This document shows, piece after piece, positions 50,356 through 58,290 of a DNA stretch of 64,000 nucleotides. This DNA is from Coriobacteriales bacterium (GTDB taxonomy: Bacteria > Actinomycetota > Coriobacteriia > Coriobacteriales > CADBOM01). The notes under the pieces are model-generated. The model was not told where the DNA came from. It did no database searches and worked only from the letters and a program-made list of their open reading frames with translations. Position 1 is the first letter of the stretch. Every line of letters begins with the position of its first letter. The position numbers and the translations under genes were made by a program. The stretch covers positions 21,779 through 85,778 of the forward strand of contig JBMNUM010000007.1 of NCBI GenBank assembly GCA_050946275.1, given 5' to 3'.

Positions 50356-50360
50356 CCGGC

Positions 50361-50415
50361 TCGTTTAAGGGTTTGTTCAGGTTCTGCTCAGGTTTTGTTC
50401 AATCTTTGTTCAGGT
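50361..50415 (+). promoter_or_regulatory. Array of 11-bp direct repeats (GTTCA core), putative OmpR/PhoB-family binding site
   Basis: tttgttcaggt tctgctcaggt tttgttcaatc tttgttcaggt at 50372-50415, plus a degenerate unit at 50361. Confidence 0.6.
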
Positions 50416-50491
50416 TCTGGCCGGATGCTGTTTGGCATTCGGTCAGAATTGGTTTAGGGGCTGGAAAGGTTCGGGCGCTAGCATCTGGTGC

Positions 50492-51238
50492 ATGAGCCTG
50501 CTTCGATCCGATATCTTGCGCGGAGGCGTCCTCGGGACCGCCCGCTCCCTGCGCGACGGTTTTCTCGAGATGGCATGGCCCACCCGCTGCGTCGGGTGCG
50601 ACATGCCCGGGGAGCTCTTGTGCCCAGACTGCCGCGATGCCCTGCCCCTCATCGATCCCGCCGCCGCATGTCCGAGGTGCGGGGCGCCCCACGGATTCCT
50701 CATCTGCACCGAGTGCTGGACTCCCGAGGGGCTGGTGGAATACGCGTTCTCCCGTGCCGTCTGCGCATTGGAATTCGAGGGCGTGGCGGCCAAGATGGTC
50801 GTCGCGTTCAAGGATGGCGGCGAGCTGCGCGTGGCCAACCTCATCGCCCTTCTCATCCATCAGGCTCTTGCCGCGGCCGGCGCGGAGGATCTCGGTGCAT
50901 TGGTTCCCGTTCCCGCAACGCCCTCTGCGCTGCATCGTCGCGGGTACGACCACGTGGACCTCATCGCCCGTCCGCTCTCGGAGCTGCTGGGTATCGGGCT
51001 CAGGGACGTGCTGGTTTCGCGGGATGTCTCCGATCAGCGCGGTCTCGGCCGCGTGCAGCGCGACGCGAACATGCGCGAGGCGTTCTCCACCAGGCGCGAC
51101 TCCGAGCCTCTGCCGCGCCGCGTGCTCCTCGTCGATGACGTGTTCACGACGGGGGCGACGCTCGATGCCGCCGCCGGGGTGCTTCTGGAGGCGGGAGCGG
51201 AGGAGGTGGTTGCCGCGGCCGCTTGCCGCGTCTGGTGA
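50492..51238 (+). CDS. comF: ComF family phosphoribosyltransferase-like protein
   Basis: PTRCVGC, CPRCG...CTEC, RRGYDHV, LLVDDVFTTGATL. Confidence 0.92.
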   Translation: MSLLRSDILRGGVLGTARSLRDGFLEMAWPTRCVGCDMPGELLCPDCRDALPLIDPAAACPRCGAPHGFLICTECWTPEGLVEYAFSRAVCALEFEGVAAKMVVAFKDGGELRVANLIALLIHQALAAAGAEDLGALVPVPATPSALHRRGYDHVDLIARPLSELLGIGLRDVLVSRDVSDQRGLGRVQRDANMREAFSTRRDSEPLPRRVLLVDDVFTTGATLDAAAGVLLEAGAEEVVAAAACRVW

Positions 51239-51275
51239 TATCGCGCGGAGATGGGGCGTTCGACCGTGGCTCATC

Positions 51276-51284
51276 TGCTAGACT
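51276..51284 (+). promoter_or_regulatory. Extended -10 promoter for the raiA RNA
   Basis: TG-c-TAGACT about 7 nt upstream of the RNA's first helix. Confidence 0.5.
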
Positions 51285-51291
51285 CGTAGCC

Positions 51292-51539
51292 GTCCCTCCG
51301 GGTCTGTGGTTGCGGGCCGTCTCGACGGCTCTAGTCCAAGGCAGATGCGGTCAAAAGGATCCACGTAAGCGCGGGTTCTCGCCTGCGTGAGCACGGCGCA
51401 TTCTAGGAGTAAGTCGCACCGCCCGAGTCCATACAGAGAGCACGGAGCTCTCCGGGCGAGAGGACCAGTAGTGAGATGATTTCAGGCGAACGTCCCGGTG
51501 CGCGGGTGTGGGGTCGAAAACCAGGTCAGCCGGAGGGAT
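51292..51539 (+). ncRNA. raiA motif RNA
   Basis: Closing helix gtccctccgg / ccggagggat. Conserved blocks GGTCTGTGGTTG, AAAAGGATCCACGTAAG, TAGGAGTAAGTC, GGCGAGAG, AGTAGTGAGA and GTGTGGGGTCGAAAACCAGGTCA match the raiA motif as recalled. Typical context: comF upstream, PBP and raiA/hpf downstream. Confidence 0.88.
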
Positions 51540-51690
51540 GCCCGCAAGCCGGGTGCAGGTGGGGAATTGCCCGACCTGTCGTCCCGAGGCCCACTGCCCA
51601 TCTCATTTCCGCCGATTAGTGATAGAGTAGATACGAACCATGTAGACCGCCTTATCGGCGCAATAACAGGTCAATGATAGAGGGGAACAT

Positions 51691-52614
51691 ATGAAGAAGA
51701 ATCTTTTGGTGCGGGTCGCTGCAGTTGTGGCAGTCGTCGCCCTGTGCGCGTTTGCCGCAGGTTGCGCGCACACCACGGGGTCTAAGGAAGTCAAGGTCGA
51801 GCCGCAGGTCGCGGCGGACGCATTGGTTGCGGCGGACACGCTCACCGTCGGTATCGACTCGACGCTCTCCCCGTTCGGAGGGGAGTCCGAGGGCCAGGTC
51901 ATCGGCGTGGACGTCGATGTGGCGGCGGCTCTCGCAAGCGAGCTGGGCCTCAACCTGCAGGTCGTCGACACCGCCGGGAAGAACGCCGTGACCATGATCA
52001 ACGACGGCGAGATCGACATGGCCATGAACATCTCCCCGACGCAATCGCGCATCGCGGTGATCGGGCCCTATCTCGACAACGGCCCCGTGCTGTTCGGCAA
52101 GGATGTCATCGCGAACCTCGATGACGTCAAGGGCAAGCGCGTCGGCGCCACGACCGGCAGCCTCGCCGCCTCGACCGCGATCCAGTATTGCGGTGCCGAC
52201 AACATCGCCGAGTTCCCGTCGATCGCCGAGGCGTTCGATGCATTCGATAACGGGCAGGTCGACTACGTCGCCTCCGACGCCGTCGCGGGCGGCTATCTTG
52301 CTCTCACCTCGCACGAGGGCGTCGTCTACTCCATCTCCCTGGCGAATCCGTCCGGCACCTACATCGGCGTCGGCCAGAACAACACGGAGCTGCAGACCGC
52401 CGTCACCAACGCGCTGAAGGCCATCACGGGCAACGGTGTGCTCCAGACCGTCGCCGCGAAGTGGACCGGCGTCGACTGCGCCGAGCACATCATCATGGCG
52501 GAAGACCAGATCACCACCGCCAAGATCGAGCAGAACAAGCCGAATGACGAGCCCGTCTCCGACGATGACGACGAGGAGTCGTCGGATGAGGATGAGAGCT
52601 CCGACGAGGAATAG
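51691..52614 (+). CDS. Polar amino-acid ABC transporter substrate-binding lipoprotein (SBP_bac_3-like)
   Basis: Lipobox AAGC; LTVGID...PF, GVDVDVAAALA..LG, GKRVG; no permease or ATPase gene adjacent. Confidence 0.82.
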   Translation: MKKNLLVRVAAVVAVVALCAFAAGCAHTTGSKEVKVEPQVAADALVAADTLTVGIDSTLSPFGGESEGQVIGVDVDVAAALASELGLNLQVVDTAGKNAVTMINDGEIDMAMNISPTQSRIAVIGPYLDNGPVLFGKDVIANLDDVKGKRVGATTGSLAASTAIQYCGADNIAEFPSIAEAFDAFDNGQVDYVASDAVAGGYLALTSHEGVVYSISLANPSGTYIGVGQNNTELQTAVTNALKAITGNGVLQTVAAKWTGVDCAEHIIMAEDQITTAKIEQNKPNDEPVSDDDDEESSDEDESSDEE

Positions 52615-52683
52615 GGTCGGTAAGAGCCGGGTGTCCAACCGGGCATCCGTTCCGGAATTTCGGGTAAAGAGAAGGAGGCCGTC

Positions 52684-53247
52684 GTGGATATTAGGATCAC
52701 AGGACGCAAGATGACCGTGAGCGATTCGCTCAAGGAATACGTCAACCAGAAGGTGGGCGCCGCGATGAAGACGTTCGACATCTCGCCGATGAAGGCCGAT
52801 GTCGTCCTCCACATGGAGAAGAATCCGGCGAACCCGAATCCGGCCGTCGCCGAGATCACGCTCGTCGCGAAGAAGCACATCATCCGCACGGAGGAGGCCG
52901 GCGAGGACATGTTCGCGGCCGTCGATATCGCCGCCGCGAAGGTCTCGCGCCAGCTGAGGAAGTACAAGACGCGCGTCATCGACAAGAAGATTCATTCCCA
53001 GAAGCCTTCCGAGACGTATGTCTCCGGCGATAGCATCGAGGCCATCGCAGACGAGATCGAGCGCAACGAGGATGTTGTGAGGGTCAAGGAGATCGAGCTT
53101 CAGCCCCTCACCCAGGAGGAGGCCCTCATCCAGCTCGACCTGCTCGGTCATGACTTCTTCCTGTATCAGGACCGCGACAGCGGCGATCCCTATGTGCTGT
53201 ATCGTCGCCATGGTGGCGGCTACGGTCTCATCAAGGCCAAGTCGTAG
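52684..53247 (+). CDS. hpf: Ribosome hibernation promoting factor (long HPF/RaiA)
   Basis: DIRITGRKM.V...LKEYV, DMFAAVD, RQLRKYK, EEALIQLDLLGHDFFLY. Confidence 0.95.
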   Translation: MDIRITGRKMTVSDSLKEYVNQKVGAAMKTFDISPMKADVVLHMEKNPANPNPAVAEITLVAKKHIIRTEEAGEDMFAAVDIAAAKVSRQLRKYKTRVIDKKIHSQKPSETYVSGDSIEAIADEIERNEDVVRVKEIELQPLTQEEALIQLDLLGHDFFLYQDRDSGDPYVLYRRHGGGYGLIKAKS

Positions 53248-53460
53248 GCACTGCGGGACAACCATCGCATTCCAATCGGGTGCGCGCCGGCTCCAGCTGG
53301 CGCGCACCCGTCTATTATCCCGGGACGGTTCTGGCCGTCCCAGAGCCGCCCCGCTTTCCGTTCGGTCACGCTTTCCCTGCTGACGAAATCGCTTTCAGCC
53401 CATATAATGGGGGCAGTCGTAGTTCAAATGCAGCAGTTCATCATGCCTCGAGGAGTGGTC

Positions 53461-54879
53461 ATGATGAGAAGTGGTACTCTCTTCCACAGATTCGGGTCTT
53501 TGGCCCTTGCAGCGCTTCTGGCGTTTGCCTTCATGCCCCTGGCACCCATGCAGCAGGCCCGGGGACAATCGTCCTATACCCTGATGGCGGGAACGTCATC
53601 GTTCACCACGGCGGGCATCATGCGCATCGTGCCCAAGTCGTATCCCGGTCCCTGGCAGTGCCAGGGTTATGCGCGCTGGCTCGGCGCGCAGCTCACGGGC
53701 GTGGATCCGTGTGGCCCGTCGCTCGACGGCATAGGCAACAAGGTAAAGCCGAGCGCCGGATGGACGATGTATACGAGCATCGATTCCGCCGGCGGGCTCC
53801 AGGTGGGCGACTTCATCCGCATCAAGACGCAAAAGTACGGGCATGCCGCTATCATCACGAGCGTCGGCACGGGCGCGAACCCTGTCATCCAGGTCACGGA
53901 GAAGTGGAACGACGATCCGACCATCCACAATGGCGATCTCATGGGTACCAGCACCCTGCGCACGCAGAATCAGATCAAGAGCCACGGCATCCACTACGTT
54001 CTCCGCTGGCATGGCCACGTGCATGATTACAAGACGGTTGCGAGCGCGGTTTGCACCGGCTATAACACCCATTCCATCACGAAGAGGTGCTCCTGCGGCG
54101 CAACGGTGAAGACTGCGGGGACATGCGAGTTCAAGACCTCAGGCAGCAAGCGCGTGTGCGCCACATGCGGAGCCGAGGCGCGTCCCTTCGGGTCCAACAC
54201 GCCGGTGTCGCTTCCCGAGGGTTACTACTTCATCCGCGCGAGCGCCAACGAGGGCTTCGGCCTCGATGTCGCCAAGGGAAGCTCGGCGACGGGCGCGAAC
54301 CTGCAGCTGTACAAGCGCAACAAGACGAAGGCCCAGCAGTTCCTCATCAAGAAGAACTCGAACGGGACCTACGCTCTCGTGAGCAGGATCGGATCCGACA
54401 GGCTCGTCGGCGTTGCCGGATGGAGCACCAAGAACAGCGCCAACGTGCTGATGAAGGGCTACAACCGCGTCAACAGGGACAAGCAGTGGATCATCGAGCG
54501 GACGCCCGATGGCTACTACTCGTTCCGCAACAAGTACAGCAACCTCTACCTCGACCTCAAGGGAGGTGGCGCCCCGCGCAAGGGGCAGAACGTCCAGCAG
54601 TACAAGGGCAATGGCACCGCCGCGCAGAAGTTCACGCTCACGCGGGTCTCGATTGCCGATGCCACGATTACCGGGGTCGTCGACAAGCCCTACACGGGCA
54701 AGGGAACCATCCAGCGGCCCAAGGTCGTCGTGGGCAACCGCACGCTCAAGCTGGGAAGGGATTACTACTTCGCCTACAAGAACAACGTGAATGTTGGCAA
54801 GGCGACCGTCATCGTCAAGGGCAGGGGAGACTTCTGCGGATCGGCTTCGCGTCTCTACAACGTGGTGAGGAGTCGCTGA
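53461..54879 (+). CDS. Secreted CHAP-like / ricin-B lectin / Ig-like (MBG-like) protein
   Basis: Signal peptide; WQCQGYAR...GHAAII..VTE (Cys-His); QLY..N.T.AQ.F ricin repeats; YTGK...P.V...L..G.DY...Y.NN.N.G.ATV. Confidence 0.72.
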   Translation: MMRSGTLFHRFGSLALAALLAFAFMPLAPMQQARGQSSYTLMAGTSSFTTAGIMRIVPKSYPGPWQCQGYARWLGAQLTGVDPCGPSLDGIGNKVKPSAGWTMYTSIDSAGGLQVGDFIRIKTQKYGHAAIITSVGTGANPVIQVTEKWNDDPTIHNGDLMGTSTLRTQNQIKSHGIHYVLRWHGHVHDYKTVASAVCTGYNTHSITKRCSCGATVKTAGTCEFKTSGSKRVCATCGAEARPFGSNTPVSLPEGYYFIRASANEGFGLDVAKGSSATGANLQLYKRNKTKAQQFLIKKNSNGTYALVSRIGSDRLVGVAGWSTKNSANVLMKGYNRVNRDKQWIIERTPDGYYSFRNKYSNLYLDLKGGGAPRKGQNVQQYKGNGTAAQKFTLTRVSIADATITGVVDKPYTGKGTIQRPKVVVGNRTLKLGRDYYFAYKNNVNVGKATVIVKGRGDFCGSASRLYNVVRSR

Positions 54880-55071
54880 CGGTGATGGTTCGATGGATGG
54901 GTTCGGCATGCAAAGAGGATGAGTGGGGGATTGGTTAAAGCCTGCCATCATAAAGTGGGCTCCCGTATAGAGAAAAAGGCAGAATAGACGGTAAAAACGC
55001 AATATAGCGTGGTATCCTAACTAGGAAGTCGCTATATCTAGAATTAATACGCCACACATAGCAGACAAGGA

Positions 55072-56190
55072 TTGAGCCGTTTGGCAGTGAGACCGAAGAA
55101 GAGTGCTTCAGTGAGAAGTCGTTATGCGACGCTGGAGACTCATATTCTCAAAAATCAAGATTCGGAGCGCTCGCACCCCGATGACCTGTTCGTCATCTCG
55201 GGTAATCCCGCGGGCGATCGCCGCGTCGGCAGCGGAGTGACCCCGCAGGCGACGCGCGGGTCCGACTCGCTCTACACCCCGGTTTCCAGCGGCGGTTTCT
55301 CGGATAATTCGTATGCGACCCGGGCGCGCTCGTCGTCGAGCACTCCCGCATTCAGCTCGTTCACGAGCACGCTCGACCGCTCCGGCACCTCGAAATCGCG
55401 CAGCTCGAGCTCCTCGACCCGCAGTATGCATCACACGCGCGTCGAGGCCCAGCCTCGCGACATGTGGGGAAACCCCGCTTTCCTCGATGACCTCGAGGTG
55501 CGGCGGAACCAGTCCAGGGACAAGGGAGGCTCCCGACGGTCGAAGGGCACGCCCTCATCTTCGGGCAAGCGCAGGAGCTCGGGTACGGCAAGTCGCTCCG
55601 GTTCGTCGCGACGCGCCTCGTCGACTGCCTCGGGCACCCGTTCCGCCGCGCGTGGCCAGTCCTCGCGGAGCTCGGCTCGCCAGTCGTCCTATTCGCGCCA
55701 CGAGTATGCGCGCGAGCGTCGGTCCAACAATCTGGTGTCCGCGCTCGCACTGCCGCGCCCCCGCATCTTCGATAGGCTGACGGTTCGCTCGGCGCGCATC
55801 ATCGCGATCGTCGTGGTCGTGGCCGCGCTCGCGCTGATGATCTACCCTGCGGCTCGCGAGCTCTTCATCTCGCAGCGCGACCTCGAGCGTGCGAACATCG
55901 AGCTCACCGAGGTCAACAACCGCAACCAGCAGATCCAGGATGACATCAACACCATCAAGACCGACGAGGGCGTCGAGAGCTACGTGCGCGAGCAGTTCGG
56001 CTGGGTGAAGGAGGGGGAGACCGCCGTCACCGTGACGGGAGTTCCCTCGACATCCGAATCCGAGAGCCTGCTCATGCCGGAGGATGTGAACGCGAGCGAG
56101 GTCAAGCCGAAGTCGAACATCTTCACGGGGGCCCCTGAGCACCTTCTTCATGGCCGGCGACTAGGCGGCCCATGCGCAGGGCGGTCATAG
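55072..56190 (+). CDS. ftsB: Septum formation initiator FtsB/DivIC with long Ser/Arg-rich N-terminus
   Basis: TM helix, coiled coil and ESYVREQFGWVKEGE; C-terminus may carry a +1 frameshift (see findings). Confidence 0.8.
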   Translation: MSRLAVRPKKSASVRSRYATLETHILKNQDSERSHPDDLFVISGNPAGDRRVGSGVTPQATRGSDSLYTPVSSGGFSDNSYATRARSSSSTPAFSSFTSTLDRSGTSKSRSSSSSTRSMHHTRVEAQPRDMWGNPAFLDDLEVRRNQSRDKGGSRRSKGTPSSSGKRRSSGTASRSGSSRRASSTASGTRSAARGQSSRSSARQSSYSRHEYARERRSNNLVSALALPRPRIFDRLTVRSARIIAIVVVVAALALMIYPAARELFISQRDLERANIELTEVNNRNQQIQDDINTIKTDEGVESYVREQFGWVKEGETAVTVTGVPSTSESESLLMPEDVNASEVKPKSNIFTGAPEHLLHGRRLGGPCAGRS

Positions 56191-57113
56191 ATATCGGAAC
56201 CGTGACCACGCGGTTGCTCGTCGCCGAATGCGATGGTCGTCGTGCGGAGCGTCTTCTCAAGGAATCCATCATCACAAACCTCGGAAAGGGCCTTGTGGGT
56301 TCTGGTGCGCTGACGGACGAGGCTATCGCGCGCGTGCTGTCGGCAATCGACGAGCATATCGAATCCATGGCAGAGCTGGGCATTGACCTGGGAACCCCCG
56401 AGGGGCGTTCCTCCGTCGCCGCCATCGCGACGTCTGCGGCGCGCGACGCCTCCAACGGCGATGTGCTCGTGCAGGCGCTGTGCGATCGGGGAATCCGCCT
56501 CGAGGTGATATCGGGGGAGCGCGAGGCGTTCCTCTCGTTTTCCGGGGCGACGGTCGACTTCCCGGGGAAGGGCCTGCTCGTCTTCGACATCGGCGGCGGG
56601 TCGACCGAGCTCGTGCTCGGCGAGCGTCCCCCCGAGGGGGCTCCGACGATTCTCCGGAGGATCTCCTTCGACGTCGGGTGCCGTCGCGCGCTCGAGCTCT
56701 TCAGGCTCGACGACCCATCGACTCCCGAGCAGCGTGCCGCCATCGTGGATTGGGCGCGTGACGAGCTCTCCTCGTTCTTCGAGGGAATCGAGGGTGAGGT
56801 CCAGCGGGCTATCGGCGTGGCGGGCACGCCGACGTCGCTCGTGTCCATAGCCGAGGGGCTCGCCCCCTACGACCCGGATCGTGTTCATGGATACATGATG
56901 GAGGTCTCGCGAGCTCGTTCCCTCGCCGACAGGCTGTTTGCCATGACCCTCGAGGAGCGCAGGCATGTTGTGGGACTTCAGCCCGAACGAGCCGACGTCA
57001 TGGTGCCCGGCGCGCTTATCCTCCAGGCGGTCCTCGAGCTCGCGGGGCTCGACCGCTTCACCGTCTCTGAATCCGACAACATGCTCGGATTGCTTCTCGA
57101 CTGGCCCGAGTGA
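56172..57113 (+). CDS. ppx: Ppx/GppA family exopolyphosphatase
   Basis: VIDIGTVTTRLL, ATSAARDASN, SGEREA, DIGGGSTE, ERADV..PGA. Confidence 0.93.
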   Translation: MRRAVIDIGTVTTRLLVAECDGRRAERLLKESIITNLGKGLVGSGALTDEAIARVLSAIDEHIESMAELGIDLGTPEGRSSVAAIATSAARDASNGDVLVQALCDRGIRLEVISGEREAFLSFSGATVDFPGKGLLVFDIGGGSTELVLGERPPEGAPTILRRISFDVGCRRALELFRLDDPSTPEQRAAIVDWARDELSSFFEGIEGEVQRAIGVAGTPTSLVSIAEGLAPYDPDRVHGYMMEVSRARSLADRLFAMTLEERRHVVGLQPERADVMVPGALILQAVLELAGLDRFTVSESDNMLGLLLDWPE

Positions 57114-57243
57114 CGTTTCGCGGATAGTAGGCCGCGTCCTCATGGCGCCTTGGAGCGAGGAGTTCCGAGGCGTCTCATGGGATTTCCGCTGGCGCACGAT
57201 GCATTTCCGGATATCCGTTCCTTTCGCTATCATTACCCCCGAT

Positions 57244-57328
57244 GGGGGCGTGGCGAAATTGGCAAACGCAGCGGACTTAAAATCCGCCATCTTCGGATTT
57301 GTGGGTTCGAGTCCCACCGCCCCTACCA
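57244..57328 (+). tRNA. tRNA-Leu (TAA)
   Basis: 85-nt cloverleaf with long variable arm, anticodon loop CTTAAAA, CCA end. Confidence 0.97.
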
Positions 57329-57381
57329 TCTTGATAAAGATCGGTGCCTCCTATCGCCCGCAAGACCGGGCAGGACGCGGT

Positions 57382-57590
57382 GACTCGAACCCGCAAGGGG
57401 GCCGAGCGCCCGGAAAACGTGCCGGCGGCACGTTTTCAGCGAGGCCGGGGCGGCTTCAGCCGACCCATGGGCCCGGAGGGCCGAGCGCCCGGAAAACGTG
57501 CCGGCGGCACGTTTTCAGCGAGGCCGGGGCGGCTTCAGCCGACCCCAACGCGCGCAGGGCGCGTGTCGAGTCCCACCGCCCCTACCATCT
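57382..57590 (+). mobile_element. Small non-autonomous tRNA-anchored element / att remnant
   Basis: 25-bp duplication of the tRNA 3' end (57307-57331 = 57566-57590), an inverted T-loop copy at 57382-57392, and two identical 68-bp units (57399-57466, 57478-57545). Confidence 0.6.
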
Positions 57591-57662
57591 AGGTTGAGCC
57601 TTGCCCGCTCGGCGCCTCCTGTTGGGCACGCCCCTTCCGGCGCACATGTGCCGGGTGTGCGG

Positions 57663-57775
57663 TTTGGCAATTTCGTTCGAAAAAGGGCGCCATTTCTTGC
57701 CCTGAAGCCCTGATTCTGGCAACTCTGCACGAAAAAGGGCGGCTCAGGCACCCTTTTTCGTGCAAAGTTGCCAGG
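57663..57775 (-). repeat. Dispersed palindromic repeat element, copy 2
   Basis: 24-bp inverted repeat with one mismatch (57717-57740 / 57752-57775) plus a third arm at 57664-57691; reverse complement aligns with 24736-24845. Confidence 0.85.
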
Positions 57776-57918
57776 AGGCTTCACATGCTGGGGGGCTTTG
57801 CGCAACAAACATCCCGGCGCTGCCCGGCGGGACATCCCCGACTGCGCAGTTCTTGGCCGGATGTACATTTCTGCCTGCCAGCGGGATTTTTCTCTGCACA
57901 TGTCCCGGCTATCGGGGG

Positions 57919-57924
57919 TATACT
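57919..57924 (+). promoter_or_regulatory. -10 element (TATACT) for the T-box/ilvB transcript
   Basis: Near-consensus -10 about 25 nt upstream of T-box Stem I. Confidence 0.5.
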
Positions 57925-57948
57925 CGGGGTCAATCGAATATGCCAATT

Positions 57949-58290
57949 GCGTTGAAGGGGAAGAGTAGGGGCCAATCCCTCTCCAGAGAGCCGGCGACAT
58001 GGTGCGAAGCCGGTGTGGGACGTCTCGAATATGCGCCCCCGAGCAGTTCAGCAGAACTTCGACGACCAAGCGGGAGACGACCTCTCCCCAGGTCAAGGGA
58101 AAGTATGTTGGATCGGTGGCCACCGTTATCAGCCGTGTCGATGGCATGAGGGCATTGCGCTCCATGCATGGCGAGGACGCTCTCCCGGGTTGCCCGGCGG
58201 GGGCCTTCGGCGTATTCGCATAGGTTGCTTTCGACACGGCTGGTGTATCCCACCGGTTCGCACAGGAGAACGCAGGTGGGAGGGATGAAT
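57949..58290 (+). promoter_or_regulatory. T-box riboswitch leader (atypical 3' domain)
   Basis: Stem I hallmarks: GCGTTGAAGGGGAAGAGTA, AG bulge AGAGAG, ccggc/gccgg helix with GGTGCGAA distal loop, GAA specifier loop, CCCC-GAGC. Confidence 0.78.

Noticed and set aside
50361-50415. 11-bp repeats as CRISPR or plasmid iterons
   Set aside because: Contiguous units with no spacers and no rep gene; better explained as regulator sites.
51292-51539. Alternative identities for the structured RNA (SRP, 6S, tmRNA, RNase P)
   Set aside because: Lacks the SRP GGAAGCAGC core, tmRNA ends/tag and RNase P signatures; motifs and synteny fit raiA.
57399-57545. 68-bp repeats as a CRISPR array
   Set aside because: Only two units, too long for CRISPR repeats, an 11-nt spacer and no cas genes.
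57940-58223. Leader-peptide attenuator for ilvB
   Set aside because: The short ORFs in the leader have no Ile/Leu/Val runs; T-box Stem I motifs explain the region better.
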